The notes under the pieces were generated by a model. That model was not told where the DNA came from and ran no database searches. It worked only from the letters and a program-made list of their open reading frames with translations. A stretch of 64,000 nt of DNA, from NCBI GenBank assembly GCA_016784605.1, contig JADHUI010000005.1:6410-70409 (forward strand), read 5' to 3'. This DNA is from Fidelibacterota bacterium (GTDB taxonomy: Bacteria; Fidelibacterota; Marinisomatia; Marinisomatales; UBA1611). Of the stretch, positions 33,077 through 43,475 are shown one piece after another (the stretch's first letter is position 1; each line of letters starts with the position of its first letter). The position numbers and the translations under genes were made by a program.

Positions 33077-34344
33077 AACTAGAACAAAAAAAAGGAGAAT
33101 AATATGCTATTTGAATTCGATAGCTTATCAGAACAAAAAGCTAAATTAAAAGTCGTAGGCATTGGTGGTGCGGGAGGAAATGCCGTCACCCGAATGATTA
33201 CGTCAGGTATGGAAGGTGTAGATTTTATTGCCATCAATACAGATGCTCAAGATTTGGACAATAACCCGTCCGAGCACAAAATTCAAATTGGTCGGGATTT
33301 AACAAAAGGACTCGGAGCTGGAGCACGAGCAGAAGTTGGACTGCAAGCTGTCGAAACAGATCAAGATGCTGTTCGGTCTTTACTTGATGGTGCGGATATG
33401 ACATTTATAACAGCCGGAATGGGTGGTGGAACAGGAACAGGAGCAGCACCTGCCGTAGCACAAATTTCGAGAGAAATGGGTATTTTGACTGTTGGGATTG
33501 TAACACTTCCCTTCAAATTCGAAGGACCTAAACGATTAAATCGTGCATTAGCTGGTATGGCAGAACTCAAAAAGAATTGTGACACCTTACTCGTAATCCC
33601 AAATCAAAAACTCATGTCAATTGTGGATAAATCCACAACATTGGGAGACGCATTTAAGTTGGCAGATTCCATTCTTCATCAAGCGGCTAAAGGCATTTCT
33701 GATTTAATTAATGTTCATGGAATGATAAACCTTGATTTTGCTGATGTTGAAACGATTATGAAAAATATGGGAGAAGCCATTATGGGCACGGGAACGGCAA
33801 CAGGTGAAGAGCGTGCTGTACTTGCAGCTCAACAAGCCATATCATCCCCACTCCTCGATGATGCTTCTATTAAGGGAGCTCAGGGTGTATTAGTGAATAT
33901 TACGGGCGGGAATGATTTAACTCTTCACGAAGTTGATGAAGCGACTAGTATCATTTTTGAAGAAGCTGGACCATCAGCCAATATAATCTTTGGCGCCGTA
34001 ATTGATCCTGATTTAAATGATGAGATTCGAGTTACAGTGATTGCAACTGGTTTTAATAAATCTGAACCAATGGCTGATATTATTGAACCTCAAGATACAA
34101 TGACTACACGGTCTCATAAAACGCATATTCTTTCCGAACAAGTGAATGCACCGTTATATGCTCAAGCACCTGAAGTAGAAGAACCTCAAGAAACGGTGAT
34201 TCAACCAACCGATAAGAAATCGCCTATTATGTTTGATTCAACCAAACCAACTCCCATTGTGTACGGGGATGATTTAGATGTACCTGCGTTTATTCGTAGG
34301 CAACATGAATAATAAATAGTTACACTGTTCTAGTTCTAAAAAAA
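33068..34344. repeat. Perfect 19-bp inverted repeat pair bracketing ftsZ (33068-33086 and 34326-34344)
   Basis: TTTTTTTAGAACTAGAACA versus TGTTCTAGTTCTAAAAAAA, exact reverse complements. Confidence 0.85.
33104..34312 (+). CDS. ftsZ: Cell division protein FtsZ
   Basis: GGAGGNAV, GMGGGTGTG tubulin signature, NLDFADV, C-terminal DLDVPAFIRR; AAGGAG RBS. Confidence 0.98.
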   Translation: MLFEFDSLSEQKAKLKVVGIGGAGGNAVTRMITSGMEGVDFIAINTDAQDLDNNPSEHKIQIGRDLTKGLGAGARAEVGLQAVETDQDAVRSLLDGADMTFITAGMGGGTGTGAAPAVAQISREMGILTVGIVTLPFKFEGPKRLNRALAGMAELKKNCDTLLVIPNQKLMSIVDKSTTLGDAFKLADSILHQAAKGISDLINVHGMINLDFADVETIMKNMGEAIMGTGTATGEERAVLAAQQAISSPLLDDASIKGAQGVLVNITGGNDLTLHEVDEATSIIFEEAGPSANIIFGAVIDPDLNDEIRVTVIATGFNKSEPMADIIEPQDTMTTRSHKTHILSEQVNAPLYAQAPEVEEPQETVIQPTDKKSPIMFDSTKPTPIVYGDDLDVPAFIRRQHE

Positions 34345-34379
34345 AGCCCCATCTGCTTCTAGCGGACGGGGCTTTTTTT
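34338..34379. terminator. Bidirectional intrinsic terminator between ftsZ and rpmB
   Basis: A8-GCCCC...GGGGC-T7 hairpin between convergent genes. Confidence 0.85.
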
Positions 34380-34408
34380 ATTTATTTTTTAAAAGGATGA
34401 TAAAAAGT

Positions 34409-34645
34409 TTATACTTTTATTCCTTTTGCGCGAAGTTCATTAACAACACGTGTAATTCCTTTTTTATCAATAACCCTCATACCACGCGTGGAAATGCGGA
34501 GAGTGATAAACCGGTTTTCTTCTGGTAGCCAGAATTTTTTACGTTGTAAATTGATATTAAATCTTCTGCGGGATTTATTATGTGCGTGGCTAACATTATT
34601 GCCAAACATCGGTTTTTTCCCTGTTACGTCACAAACTCTACTCAT
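34409..34645 (-). CDS. rpmB: 50S ribosomal protein L28
   Basis: [29 protein letters not shown]. Confidence 0.97.
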   Translation of the reverse strand: MSRVCDVTGKKPMFGNNVSHAHNKSRRRFNINLQRKKFWLPEENRFITLRISTRGMRVIDKKGITRVVNELRAKGIKV

Positions 34646-34779
34646 AATATTCTTTATTATTTGTTTCTATTTAATTGAAAAAATGCTGGCGAATTTACAT
34701 TAAATGAACAGTTTCACAAATTATTTAAGTCAAATCATTCCAATTGATTGTTTTTAATGTTAAAACCCTAAATTTGAAT

Positions 34780-35229
34780 ATGAATATTCGACATGGTAAG
34801 AAAGAAGATATACCCTTCATAGTAGAGTTTAATAAGGCTATGGCTTTAGAGACAGAGATGAAAGATCTAAATAGTCCTATTTTAACAAAAGGCGTTACGG
34901 CGCTTTTCAATAATTCTAATAATGGATTTTATCTCATTGCTGAAAAAAATAATAAACTATGTGGACAATTAATGATTACAAAAGAATGGTCTGACTGGCG
35001 TAATGGAATCTTTTGGTGGATTCAATCTGTTTACATACATCCAGATCATCGAAAAAAAGGTATATATAAAAAGCTTCACAAAGAAGTGAAAAAACTTGCC
35101 CAAGAAGATGGAAATGTATGCGGTATTAGGTTGTATGTTGACCGCAGTAATGTGAATGCGAAAAATGTATATTTAGCAATGGGAATGAAAGAAACAGAAT
35201 ATGAATTATACGAAGAAGATTGGTCCTAG
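34780..35229 (+). CDS. GNAT family N-acetyltransferase
   Basis: EWSDWRNG.FWWIQSVYIHPDHRKKG, RLYVD..N..A..VY; ATG at 34780. Confidence 0.85.
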   Translation: MNIRHGKKEDIPFIVEFNKAMALETEMKDLNSPILTKGVTALFNNSNNGFYLIAEKNNKLCGQLMITKEWSDWRNGIFWWIQSVYIHPDHRKKGIYKKLHKEVKKLAQEDGNVCGIRLYVDRSNVNAKNVYLAMGMKETEYELYEEDWS

Positions 35230-35279
35230 AATTTGAAAAATGAAATACATTTATTTTTATGTTTAGTACATTTTAGATT

Positions 35280-36284
35280 ATGAAAATCGGTCATATAAAA
35301 ATAAAGACACCCATCTTCCTCGCTCCAATGGCGGGCTATACGGATTACCCTTTTCGCATTTTATGTAAACAAATGGGAGCGGGTGTTGTTTATTCTGAAT
35401 TTGTTTCTGCGGATGGTATTATTCGCGAAAATACAAAATCGTTAAATTTAATTCGATTTTCAAATAAAGAACGGCCGATCGGAATACAAATTTTTGGGGA
35501 CAACCCGGATGTCATGTCTATGGCGGCTCGATATGTGGTCGATCAATTCAACCCAGACATATTAGATATAAATTATGGTTGTCCTGTTCCAAAAGTGACA
35601 AAAAAGGGTGCTGGATCTGCCGCACTTAAAGATTTATGTCTAATGGATGATATAACATCCGCAGTTGTGGAATCGGTTCCTGAAGTGCCTGTGACCGTTA
35701 AAATGCGCGCCGGATGGGATAAACAATCCATTATTGTACCTGAGGTTGGGCCTCGATTAGAAAATTTAGGTGTAAAAGCCATCGCCCTACACCCAAGAAC
35801 AACTTCCATGCGATATAAGGGAAAATCTGATTGGTCATTGATTAAACAATTAAAAGATTCTGTGTCCATTCCCATTATTGGTAATGGCGATATTTTAACG
35901 ACAGATGATATGGTGCGCATGTTTGAAGAAACCCAATGTGATGCCGTTATGGTTGGAAGAGTTGCCCATGGAAATCCCTGGTTTTTTCGAGAAGCTAAAG
36001 CAAGATTCATGGGACAAGCCGTTCCTCTTCGCCCAACTATGACAGAAATTGCAGATATGTGCGAGAATCATTTAAACCTTATCATAAAATATCATGGACA
36101 ATCCATTGGTTCAAATTTGATGCGTAAACATTTTTCAAATTATATAAAAAAATTCCCGGGTGCATCTAAGATTAGGTATCGCCTCGTTACGGCTCCACAT
36201 GTAGATGATATGAGGATTGAATTAGAATCGTTTAAAGAAAAAGCCGTCTATTGGGAAAGCCAACAAGATGAAAATCATTTATAA
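35280..36284 (+). CDS. dusB: tRNA-dihydrouridine synthase B
   Basis: LAPMAG, QIFG, DINYGCP, VTVKMRAGW, GNGDI, VMVGR. Confidence 0.9.
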   Translation: MKIGHIKIKTPIFLAPMAGYTDYPFRILCKQMGAGVVYSEFVSADGIIRENTKSLNLIRFSNKERPIGIQIFGDNPDVMSMAARYVVDQFNPDILDINYGCPVPKVTKKGAGSAALKDLCLMDDITSAVVESVPEVPVTVKMRAGWDKQSIIVPEVGPRLENLGVKAIALHPRTTSMRYKGKSDWSLIKQLKDSVSIPIIGNGDILTTDDMVRMFEETQCDAVMVGRVAHGNPWFFREAKARFMGQAVPLRPTMTEIADMCENHLNLIIKYHGQSIGSNLMRKHFSNYIKKFPGASKIRYRLVTAPHVDDMRIELESFKEKAVYWESQQDENHL

Positions 36285-36382
36285 TCCATAAGGCAATTGC
36301 TTGAATCCATCCACATTTAGCCGGTAAATTATCGGGCTCTTTTATTCATAATTTTATTAAAATAAATCACTAAAGGCTAGTT

Positions 36383-38017
36383 ATGCAAAATGCCAAAGTA
36401 CACGTTCCGAAAGCGGTTAATGAACCTGTCTATTCTTATGCGCCTGGGACTCCCGAGCGAAAAGCATTAAAAAATCGTATTACAGAGTTAAAAGCACAAG
36501 AAATTGAAGTTCCCATCATTATTAATGGTGAAGCTATTTTTACAGGGAATACTGTTGAGATGCGAATCCCGCACGATCATCAACATGTGTTAGGAATATA
36601 TCATCAAGCCGGCGATAAAGAAATTAAATTGGCGATTGAATCTGCAATGGATGCATGGGAAAATTGGTCAGCGCTCCCTTGGGAATCACGGACGGCTCTT
36701 TTTAAAAGAATGGCATCTATTTTACAAAGAACTCATGAACAAACAATTAATGCTGCAACAGTCTTAAGTCAGAGTAAGAATGCATTTCAAGCTGAAATAG
36801 ATGCTTCTTGTGAATTAATAGATTTCTTCAATTTTAATACCATGTATGCACAGGAAATATATGAACAACAGCCACTTTATTCTCCAGATGGCATTTGGAA
36901 TATGGTTGAGAATCGTCCCTTAGAAGGATTTGTTTTTGCTGTAACGCCTTTCAACTTCACTTCTATTGCTGGAAATTTACCAACGGCTCCAGCCCTAATG
37001 GGCAATGTGGCTTTATGGAAACCTGCATCGAGTGCAGTTTACAGTGGTTATTATTTAATGAAATTATTTGAAGAGGCTGGCTTACCAAAAGGAGTGATTA
37101 ATTTTATTCCTGGATCTGGAAGCAAAATTGGCCCCACAGTTCTTGAAAGCCCTTATTTGGCTGGGGTTCATTTTACTGGCTCTACATCCGTTTTTCAATC
37201 TATGTGGAAAACGATTGGACAAAACATTCCAAAGTATAAAACATATCCAAGAATTGTAGGAGAAACAGGTGGGAAAGATTTTTGCATTGCACATGAATCT
37301 GCTAATATAGATGCCTTAGCTACAGCCATGATTCGTGGAGCCTTTGAATATCAAGGGCAAAAATGTTCGGCTCTATCCCGAGTTTACATACCATCATCCA
37401 TATGGCCTGAAGTCAAAGAAAAATTTGTATTAGATGTATCAACGATCTCTGTTGGCGATCCAGAAGATTTTTCTCATTTTATGAATGCAGTAATAGATCA
37501 ATCTGCTTTTGATTCGATTACGTCTTTTATAGAATATGCAAAAATATCTCCAGACGCGACGATTATTACAGGTGGGTCGTATGATGATTCTAAAGGATAT
37601 TTTATCGAACCCACAACGATAGTAACAACAGATCCCCATTTCAAAACAATGGAAGAAGAAATATTTGGACCTGTGTTAACGATTTTTATATACGACCCAA
37701 AAGATTGGGCTGACACTTTAACATTAGTGGATAAAACATCTCCCTATGCTCTCACAGGTTGCGTTCACAGTACAGATAGAGAAAAAATTGTTGAAGCGAG
37801 TAAAGCGCTTACCCATTCTGCCGGTAATTTTTATATTAATGATAAACCTACTGGGGCTGTAGTAGGACAACAACCTTTTGGTGGAAGCCGAGCGTCCGGC
37901 ACAAATGATAAAGCTGGATCTATGATGAATTTACTTCGATGGGTCTCTCAGCGTACTATAAAAGAAACATTTGATCCGCCGAAGAACTTCCCATACCCAT
38001 TTATGGATAACAAATAA
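36383..38017 (+). CDS. pruA: L-glutamate gamma-semialdehyde (P5C) dehydrogenase
   Basis: NEPV..YAPG, PFNFTSI, FTGST, GETGGK, FEYQGQKCSA, EEIFGP, QPFGGSRASGTNDK. Confidence 0.93.
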   Translation: MQNAKVHVPKAVNEPVYSYAPGTPERKALKNRITELKAQEIEVPIIINGEAIFTGNTVEMRIPHDHQHVLGIYHQAGDKEIKLAIESAMDAWENWSALPWESRTALFKRMASILQRTHEQTINAATVLSQSKNAFQAEIDASCELIDFFNFNTMYAQEIYEQQPLYSPDGIWNMVENRPLEGFVFAVTPFNFTSIAGNLPTAPALMGNVALWKPASSAVYSGYYLMKLFEEAGLPKGVINFIPGSGSKIGPTVLESPYLAGVHFTGSTSVFQSMWKTIGQNIPKYKTYPRIVGETGGKDFCIAHESANIDALATAMIRGAFEYQGQKCSALSRVYIPSSIWPEVKEKFVLDVSTISVGDPEDFSHFMNAVIDQSAFDSITSFIEYAKISPDATIITGGSYDDSKGYFIEPTTIVTTDPHFKTMEEEIFGPVLTIFIYDPKDWADTLTLVDKTSPYALTGCVHSTDREKIVEASKALTHSAGNFYINDKPTGAVVGQQPFGGSRASGTNDKAGSMMNLLRWVSQRTIKETFDPPKNFPYPFMDNK

Positions 38018-38097
38018 TTTTCGTTGAAATAGAACTCTATTTCTAAACGCATTAATCATACAATTCATATTATATATGGATAAAATAAGGAAATAAG

Positions 38098-39276
38098 ATG
38101 AAAGTACATGAATACCAAGGTAAACAGATCTTTGCCAAGGCAGGAATGCCGGTACAAGATGGATATATTTTTGACAAAATTGAAGATGCTGAATCCACGA
38201 TTAAACGTGTACAAAAAGATTTCAATACAGAAGATGTGGTTGTCAAAGCTCAAATCCATGCAGGGGGTCGCGGTAAAGGCGGCGGTGTGAAGTATTCTCC
38301 CAACTTTGATAAAGCATTGGAAAATGCTAAAAATATTCTTGGTATGAATTTGGTCACACACCAAACAGGAGAAAAGGGACAGCTAGTCCGTAAAGTCTAT
38401 GTGACAGAAGCATTTGATATTGCAGAAGAATATTATGCTGCCATAACACTAGACCGCGGTAAAGGAATGGATGTTTTTATGGTTTCATCAGAAGGGGGAG
38501 TTGAAATAGAAAAAGTTGCCGCAGAAACTCCTGAAAAAATTGTTAAAGTATGGATTGATCCATTACTTGGGATGAAATCTTTTCAAGCAAGAAAATTAGC
38601 TTATGGTTTAGGCCTTCCAAAAGATGCATTCAAATCAGCTGTTAAAATATTTATGCAAATGTATCAAACATATCAAAACATAGATGCGACTATTGTAGAA
38701 GTGAATCCACTTATTTTGACGACTGACGGGCGAGTTGTTGTTTTAGATGCAAAAGTAAATTTAGATGATAATGCTTTATTTCGTCATCCGGACATTGCAG
38801 AAATGCGTGACTTAAATGAAGAAGACCCCAATGAAGTTGAAGCTGCCGAGTTCAATCTTAATTACATTAAACTTGATGGGAACGTGGGCTGTATGGTTAA
38901 CGGTGCCGGTTTAGCTATGGCAACCATGGATATCATTAAACTTGCGGGCGGTGATCCTGCAAACTTCCTTGATGTCGGTGGCACCGCTTCAGCTGAAACA
39001 GTTAAAAATGGATTTAGAATTATTTTATCAGATGATAATGTAAAGGCAGTATTAATAAATATTTTTGGCGGAATTGTACGTTGTGATCGAGTTGCAAATG
39101 GTGTTGTTCAAGCTGTAAAAGAGTTGGGACTTAAAGTGCCAGTCGTGGTTCGCTTAGAAGGTACAAATGCAAAAGAAGCACAAACCATTTTAGCTGAATC
39201 CGGTGTTTCAATTATTCCAGCTGTTGGTATGAAAGATGCTGCAGAAAAAGTTGTTAAAGCAGCGTTAAGCGCATAG
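38098..39276 (+). CDS. sucC: Succinyl-CoA ligase beta subunit
   Basis: [42 protein letters not shown]. Confidence 0.97.
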   Translation: MKVHEYQGKQIFAKAGMPVQDGYIFDKIEDAESTIKRVQKDFNTEDVVVKAQIHAGGRGKGGGVKYSPNFDKALENAKNILGMNLVTHQTGEKGQLVRKVYVTEAFDIAEEYYAAITLDRGKGMDVFMVSSEGGVEIEKVAAETPEKIVKVWIDPLLGMKSFQARKLAYGLGLPKDAFKSAVKIFMQMYQTYQNIDATIVEVNPLILTTDGRVVVLDAKVNLDDNALFRHPDIAEMRDLNEEDPNEVEAAEFNLNYIKLDGNVGCMVNGAGLAMATMDIIKLAGGDPANFLDVGGTASAETVKNGFRIILSDDNVKAVLINIFGGIVRCDRVANGVVQAVKELGLKVPVVVRLEGTNAKEAQTILAESGVSIIPAVGMKDAAEKVVKAALSA

Positions 39277-39287
39277 GAGATTTAAAT

Positions 39288-40169
39288 ATGTCAATACTAG
39301 TCAATAAAGATTCAAAAGTAGTCATCCAAGGTATTACGGGTTCAGAAGGGCAATTCCATGGTGGGCAAATGTTAGAGTATGGCACCAACGTAGTTGCAGG
39401 AGTAACCCCTGGGAAAGGTGGGCAAAGCACATTAAATAATCGTGTACCTGTATTTAATACTGTGGAAGAAGCTGTAAACGAAACTGGTGCAAATACGTCC
39501 ATTATTTTTGTTCCTCCCGCATTTGCAGCTGAAGCCGTCATGGAAGCAAGTTTTGCTGGAATTAAAGTCGTTGTTTGTATTACAGAAGGTGTTCCTGTTC
39601 ATGATATGATTAAAGTAAAAAAAGTGGTGGATCAAAATGGGACCAAACTTATTGGACCTAACTGCCCCGGGATAATAACGGTTGATGAATGTAAACTTGG
39701 TATTATGCCAGGATTTATAACAAAAAAAGGATCCATAGGCGTTATATCAAAATCAGGAACCCTCACCTATGAAGCGATTGACCAATTAGTCAATGTTGGA
39801 CTAGGCCAAACAACGGCGATTGGAATTGGCGGAGATCCAATCATTGGAACAACGATGAAAGATTGCCTCGAATTATTTGAAGCCGACCCAGAAACAGAAG
39901 GCATTGTTATGATTGGAGAAATTGGAGGTCAAATGGAAATTGAAGCTGCACGCTGGGCGAAAGATCATGTATCCAAACCAATGGTTGGATTTATCGCTGG
40001 GCAAACAGCCCCTCCTGGACGGCGCATGGGACATGCGGGTGCCATTGTATCTGGTGGTGACGATACGGCGGAAGCAAAAATGAGAATATTGAAGGAAAGC
40101 GGGATTGAAGTGGCTGAATCTGTTGCAGATATTGGCGACCTCATGAAAGCTGCAATGGAAAATAAATAA
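39288..40169 (+). CDS. sucD: Succinyl-CoA ligase alpha subunit
   Basis: [33 protein letters not shown]. Confidence 0.97.
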   Translation: MSILVNKDSKVVIQGITGSEGQFHGGQMLEYGTNVVAGVTPGKGGQSTLNNRVPVFNTVEEAVNETGANTSIIFVPPAFAAEAVMEASFAGIKVVVCITEGVPVHDMIKVKKVVDQNGTKLIGPNCPGIITVDECKLGIMPGFITKKGSIGVISKSGTLTYEAIDQLVNVGLGQTTAIGIGGDPIIGTTMKDCLELFEADPETEGIVMIGEIGGQMEIEAARWAKDHVSKPMVGFIAGQTAPPGRRMGHAGAIVSGGDDTAEAKMRILKESGIEVAESVADIGDLMKAAMENK

Positions 40170-40191
40170 TACAATAAAAGGAAATAGAATA

Positions 40192-40617
40192 ATGGGAAAT
40201 AAAACATTTGCAATCATAAAACCAGATGCAATAAAAAATAGAAATACAGGGAAAATTTATGATCGTATTCTACAAGCCGGTTTTAAAATCCTTTCTGCAA
40301 AACTCATGAAAATGACCAAAGCACAAGCAGAAGGATTTTATTCAGTTCATAGTGAACGTCCATTTTATGAAGAATTAACTACATTTATGTCTTCGGGTGC
40401 GTGTATGGTTCTAGCATTAGAAAAGGACAATGCCGTCTCAGCATGGCGTGAAACCATTGGTGCAACCAATCCGGATGAAGCTGCTGAAGGAACTATTCGG
40501 AAAGATTTTGCGACGAGCCTTGGAGAGAATGCTGTGCATGGATCTGATAGTGATGAAAATGCTGAAAAAGAGATTGGATTTTTCTTCACAGAGAGTGAAC
40601 TTATAGCGAATCAATAA
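40192..40617 (+). CDS. ndk: Nucleoside diphosphate kinase
   Basis: TFAIIKPDA, GTIRKDF, NAVHGSDS. Confidence 0.97.
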   Translation: MGNKTFAIIKPDAIKNRNTGKIYDRILQAGFKILSAKLMKMTKAQAEGFYSVHSERPFYEELTTFMSSGACMVLALEKDNAVSAWRETIGATNPDEAAEGTIRKDFATSLGENAVHGSDSDENAEKEIGFFFTESELIANQ

Positions 40618-40627
40618 TTCGAGACTT

Positions 40628-41527
40628 ATGATTAAACGCTTAAATATAGTCTTCATCATTTCTTTATTAGCTTTAACCGCATGCGGAAACACTGGCATTG
40701 AAGGATATGTTGGAGAAGAAATTTCTATCACAGCCGAGAACCCAGAAGAAGGGAAAAGGTTTGATTATGACTGGGCTTTAGTGTCATTACCTGACGGAAG
40801 CTTATTGTCGGAAACAGACTTAATTTTGGAGGACAAATCCAAGAAAATGTCCTTCACGCCTGATTATCCTGGGGATTATTCTTTTGATGTCATTATATCT
40901 AAATATGGCGATCAAGTATCAACCCAATCTTTTCTATTCACAATTCTAGATGAAGATGCAAAAGAACAAGAAGTTGCGTCCACTAACCAAGAATCTGAAA
41001 TAGCTGATGATGATAACGAAGAAGAAACATGGCTTAATGAGGAAATAGAAGAAGAAGATGAAGACGTTGATGAATATCTTGAAGATGATGATGAATATAT
41101 CGACGAGGAATACGAAGAGTATGTGGACGATGAATATGATGGCGACGAAGATTCTGAATTTGTAGATGAAGATGAGCCTGTAGTCGTTGTACAAGAAACT
41201 GTACCGGCTCCAAAAAAACCTGTAATACAAAAAGCTAAACCTAAGCCAAATCCCGGCTCATCCATTCCCGCAAATTTTAAACGTTTTACAATTCAAGTCG
41301 TATCCAAACGAGATTTAAAAAGTGCCCAAAAAACAGCTGCTGAACTTATTATGGCTGGATATGATGGTTATATCCAAAAGGCCTTTTTTAAAGAAACAAA
41401 TGAAACCTGGTACCGTGTACGGATTGGCAGTTATGATAATCGTAATTCTGCGGTTGCTGTAGCGAATGCTGTGTCTAAAAAATTAGGCATCAAAGCTTGG
41501 GTAGATTTTGTGCGATTTGAACAATAA
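40628..41527 (+). CDS. Lipoprotein with Ig/PKD-like domain, acidic linker and SPOR domain
   Basis: Lipobox LTAC, W...P.GS...FTPDYPGDY, D/E-rich tract, FTIQV...WYRVRIGSY SPOR motif. Confidence 0.7.
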   Translation: MIKRLNIVFIISLLALTACGNTGIEGYVGEEISITAENPEEGKRFDYDWALVSLPDGSLLSETDLILEDKSKKMSFTPDYPGDYSFDVIISKYGDQVSTQSFLFTILDEDAKEQEVASTNQESEIADDDNEEETWLNEEIEEEDEDVDEYLEDDDEYIDEEYEEYVDDEYDGDEDSEFVDEDEPVVVVQETVPAPKKPVIQKAKPKPNPGSSIPANFKRFTIQVVSKRDLKSAQKTAAELIMAGYDGYIQKAFFKETNETWYRVRIGSYDNRNSAVAVANAVSKKLGIKAWVDFVRFEQ

Positions 41528-41545
41528 ATAATTTTTGGAGGAAAA

Positions 41546-42748
41546 ATGAACCCTATAAATCTATACTTTGACGTTAGAGATATTTTTAGAGCACCACGTC
41601 TTGCTTTAAGTGGAAAAAAAATCTGGATATTCCTTTTGGGAAATCTTGCAGGTTTTATTCTTTATTGGATTTTTTCATATTTAGCTTTAGCCGCTGCCGG
41701 TATTCCTTTTAGTGATGCCATTGCTTCTCATGGTCTTTATCCATGTTTATATGGTACCGAAGCACCATGGTTTGCATGGGCTTTATACTATGTTGGATCG
41801 TTAGGATGGCTTGCGTTTCTCCATTTATCTTGCACAGCTGTTGCTCGCGTTACATTGAAACAATTGAAAGGTGACAACTTCTTTTCAGCTGGTGATGCAT
41901 GGAAATATGTGCAAAAACATTGGCATCCAGTCATTTTTACTTCTGTCTCTATTGTACTCATTTTAGGTTTCTTTCTTTTCTTTGCTGGCATCTTCGCTTT
42001 ATTTGGTAAAATTCCATTTGTGGGTGAATACTTATTTGCTCTCCCCTATCTCTTCTATTTTATGGGATCCGTTTTTACAGTATATACCGCATTTGTCCTT
42101 TTGGTCTCATGTATTTATACTCCTGCCATTGTCGGTGCTTATGAAGAAGATACAATGGGATCTGTTTTTCAATCTTATTCAATTGCTTGGTCTCAACCTT
42201 GGCGTGTTGTTCTCTACAACGCAATACTCTTACCATTAGCTTGGTGGTCTGTAAAAATATTTTCATGGTTTATGTTTGCAGGATTTCAATTAGTAAATCA
42301 TATTTTTGGGATGAGTTTTTTGATGGGCGAAAAGGCAACATCCATTGTCGGAAATGCGCTTAATTATGTATTTCCAAGTGGTTTATGTGAGACAATTTGT
42401 TCACCGTTTTCTTGTGGTGGACCGGTCTGTAGCACACCTTGTAGTTTCTACACACTCCCTCAAGCTGGAACATTGTCTGGCTCAGAAACGGGTGCCGCCA
42501 TCTTTGTGGGCCTATTTATTCTTATTCTCTTTTTTACCGTTATATCTTATGGATTGTCCATTATATCTGTCGGAGAAACACTCATGTTTATCATTTTTAA
42601 AAAGAAGTCTGATGATGACGATTTAATCGAAAGAAAAGATGAAGATGAATTAGAAGAAGATGATGATGACGATTTTTCATTTGATGATATAGATGGTGAT
42701 GACTCTACGGAAGAAGATGCAAATTCAGGTGATTCTGAAGAAGAATAA
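41546..42748 (+). CDS. Hypothetical polytopic membrane protein
   Basis: About 6 hydrophobic segments, Cys-rich loop, acidic tail; GGAGG RBS. Confidence 0.7.
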   Translation: MNPINLYFDVRDIFRAPRLALSGKKIWIFLLGNLAGFILYWIFSYLALAAAGIPFSDAIASHGLYPCLYGTEAPWFAWALYYVGSLGWLAFLHLSCTAVARVTLKQLKGDNFFSAGDAWKYVQKHWHPVIFTSVSIVLILGFFLFFAGIFALFGKIPFVGEYLFALPYLFYFMGSVFTVYTAFVLLVSCIYTPAIVGAYEEDTMGSVFQSYSIAWSQPWRVVLYNAILLPLAWWSVKIFSWFMFAGFQLVNHIFGMSFLMGEKATSIVGNALNYVFPSGLCETICSPFSCGGPVCSTPCSFYTLPQAGTLSGSETGAAIFVGLFILILFFTVISYGLSIISVGETLMFIIFKKKSDDDDLIERKDEDELEEDDDDDFSFDDIDGDDSTEEDANSGDSEEE

Positions 42749-42806
42749 AACAATACCATATAACTTGTAAAAAAGCACTTCGATTAGGTAGTTTCCCAGG
42801 CTTTAT

Positions 42807-43265
42807 ATGAAGCTATTTCGAACAGAACTAGCCTCAGAGTTCAAGGATAAGCTCTTTGACATTGAATCTGTGGAATTAACTGACGACTCAATCGTTGCCG
42901 AAACCCAAGGGATTTCCTGCATACTATCTGCAGAGAGAGCTCGATATGGATTTCAGTTGAATGGGAATATAAGTACACAAATATCCCTCCAATGCGATCG
43001 TTGCTTAATATCATTTTTGGAAAATCATGAAATACCTTTCACTTTTTGGTTAACTTCCGATAAAAGTTTAATTGGAACGAATGAAATAAATGTTTTTCAA
43101 TTTGAACCCAATCAAGAGTATATAGACTTAAAAGATGTTATATCTGAATTGATATTTGTTGATATTCCTTTTAAGATTCTATGCAAGGAGAATTGTAATG
43201 GACTTTGTGACCAATGTGGAACAGATTTAAATAAAGAAACATGTGAGTGTGAAATACACAATTAA
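42807..43265 (+). CDS. YceD/DUF177 family protein
   Basis: CDRCL, LCKENCNGLCDQCGTDLN..CEC; upstream of rpmF. Confidence 0.85.
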   Translation: MKLFRTELASEFKDKLFDIESVELTDDSIVAETQGISCILSAERARYGFQLNGNISTQISLQCDRCLISFLENHEIPFTFWLTSDKSLIGTNEINVFQFEPNQEYIDLKDVISELIFVDIPFKILCKENCNGLCDQCGTDLNKETCECEIHN

Positions 43266-43286
43266 GAAATTTTTTGAGGAGTAAAA

Positions 43287-43463
43287 ATGCCATTACCTAA
43301 AAGACGCCAATCAAAAACCAGAGGCAAGAAACGTCGGACACATTACAAGTCCAAATTAGCATCTGTTACAACATGTGCTCAATGTAGCCAACCGAAAATG
43401 CCACATCATGCATGCCCTAATTGTGGGTATTATCGTGGCCGCCCAGTTATCGCAGCAAAATAA
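43287..43463 (+). CDS. rpmF: 50S ribosomal protein L32 (below ORF-track length cut-off)
   Basis: Hand translation MPLPKRRQSKTRGKKRRTHYK...CAQC...HHACPNCGYYRGR, 58 aa; GAGGAG RBS. Confidence 0.95.
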   Translation: MPLPKRRQSKTRGKKRRTHYKSKLASVTTCAQCSQPKMPHHACPNCGYYRGRPVIAAK

Positions 43464-43475
43464 TCCACTTATTAT

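Noticed and set aside
17561-34312. Absence of ddl from the dcw cluster
   Set aside because: ddl is often located elsewhere; not informative without the rest of the genome
40960-41180. GAA/GAT-rich low-complexity tract and the antisense Ser-rich and Phe/Ile-rich ORFs
   Set aside because: Explained by the Asp/Glu linker of the SPOR lipoprotein; the antisense ORFs are shadows
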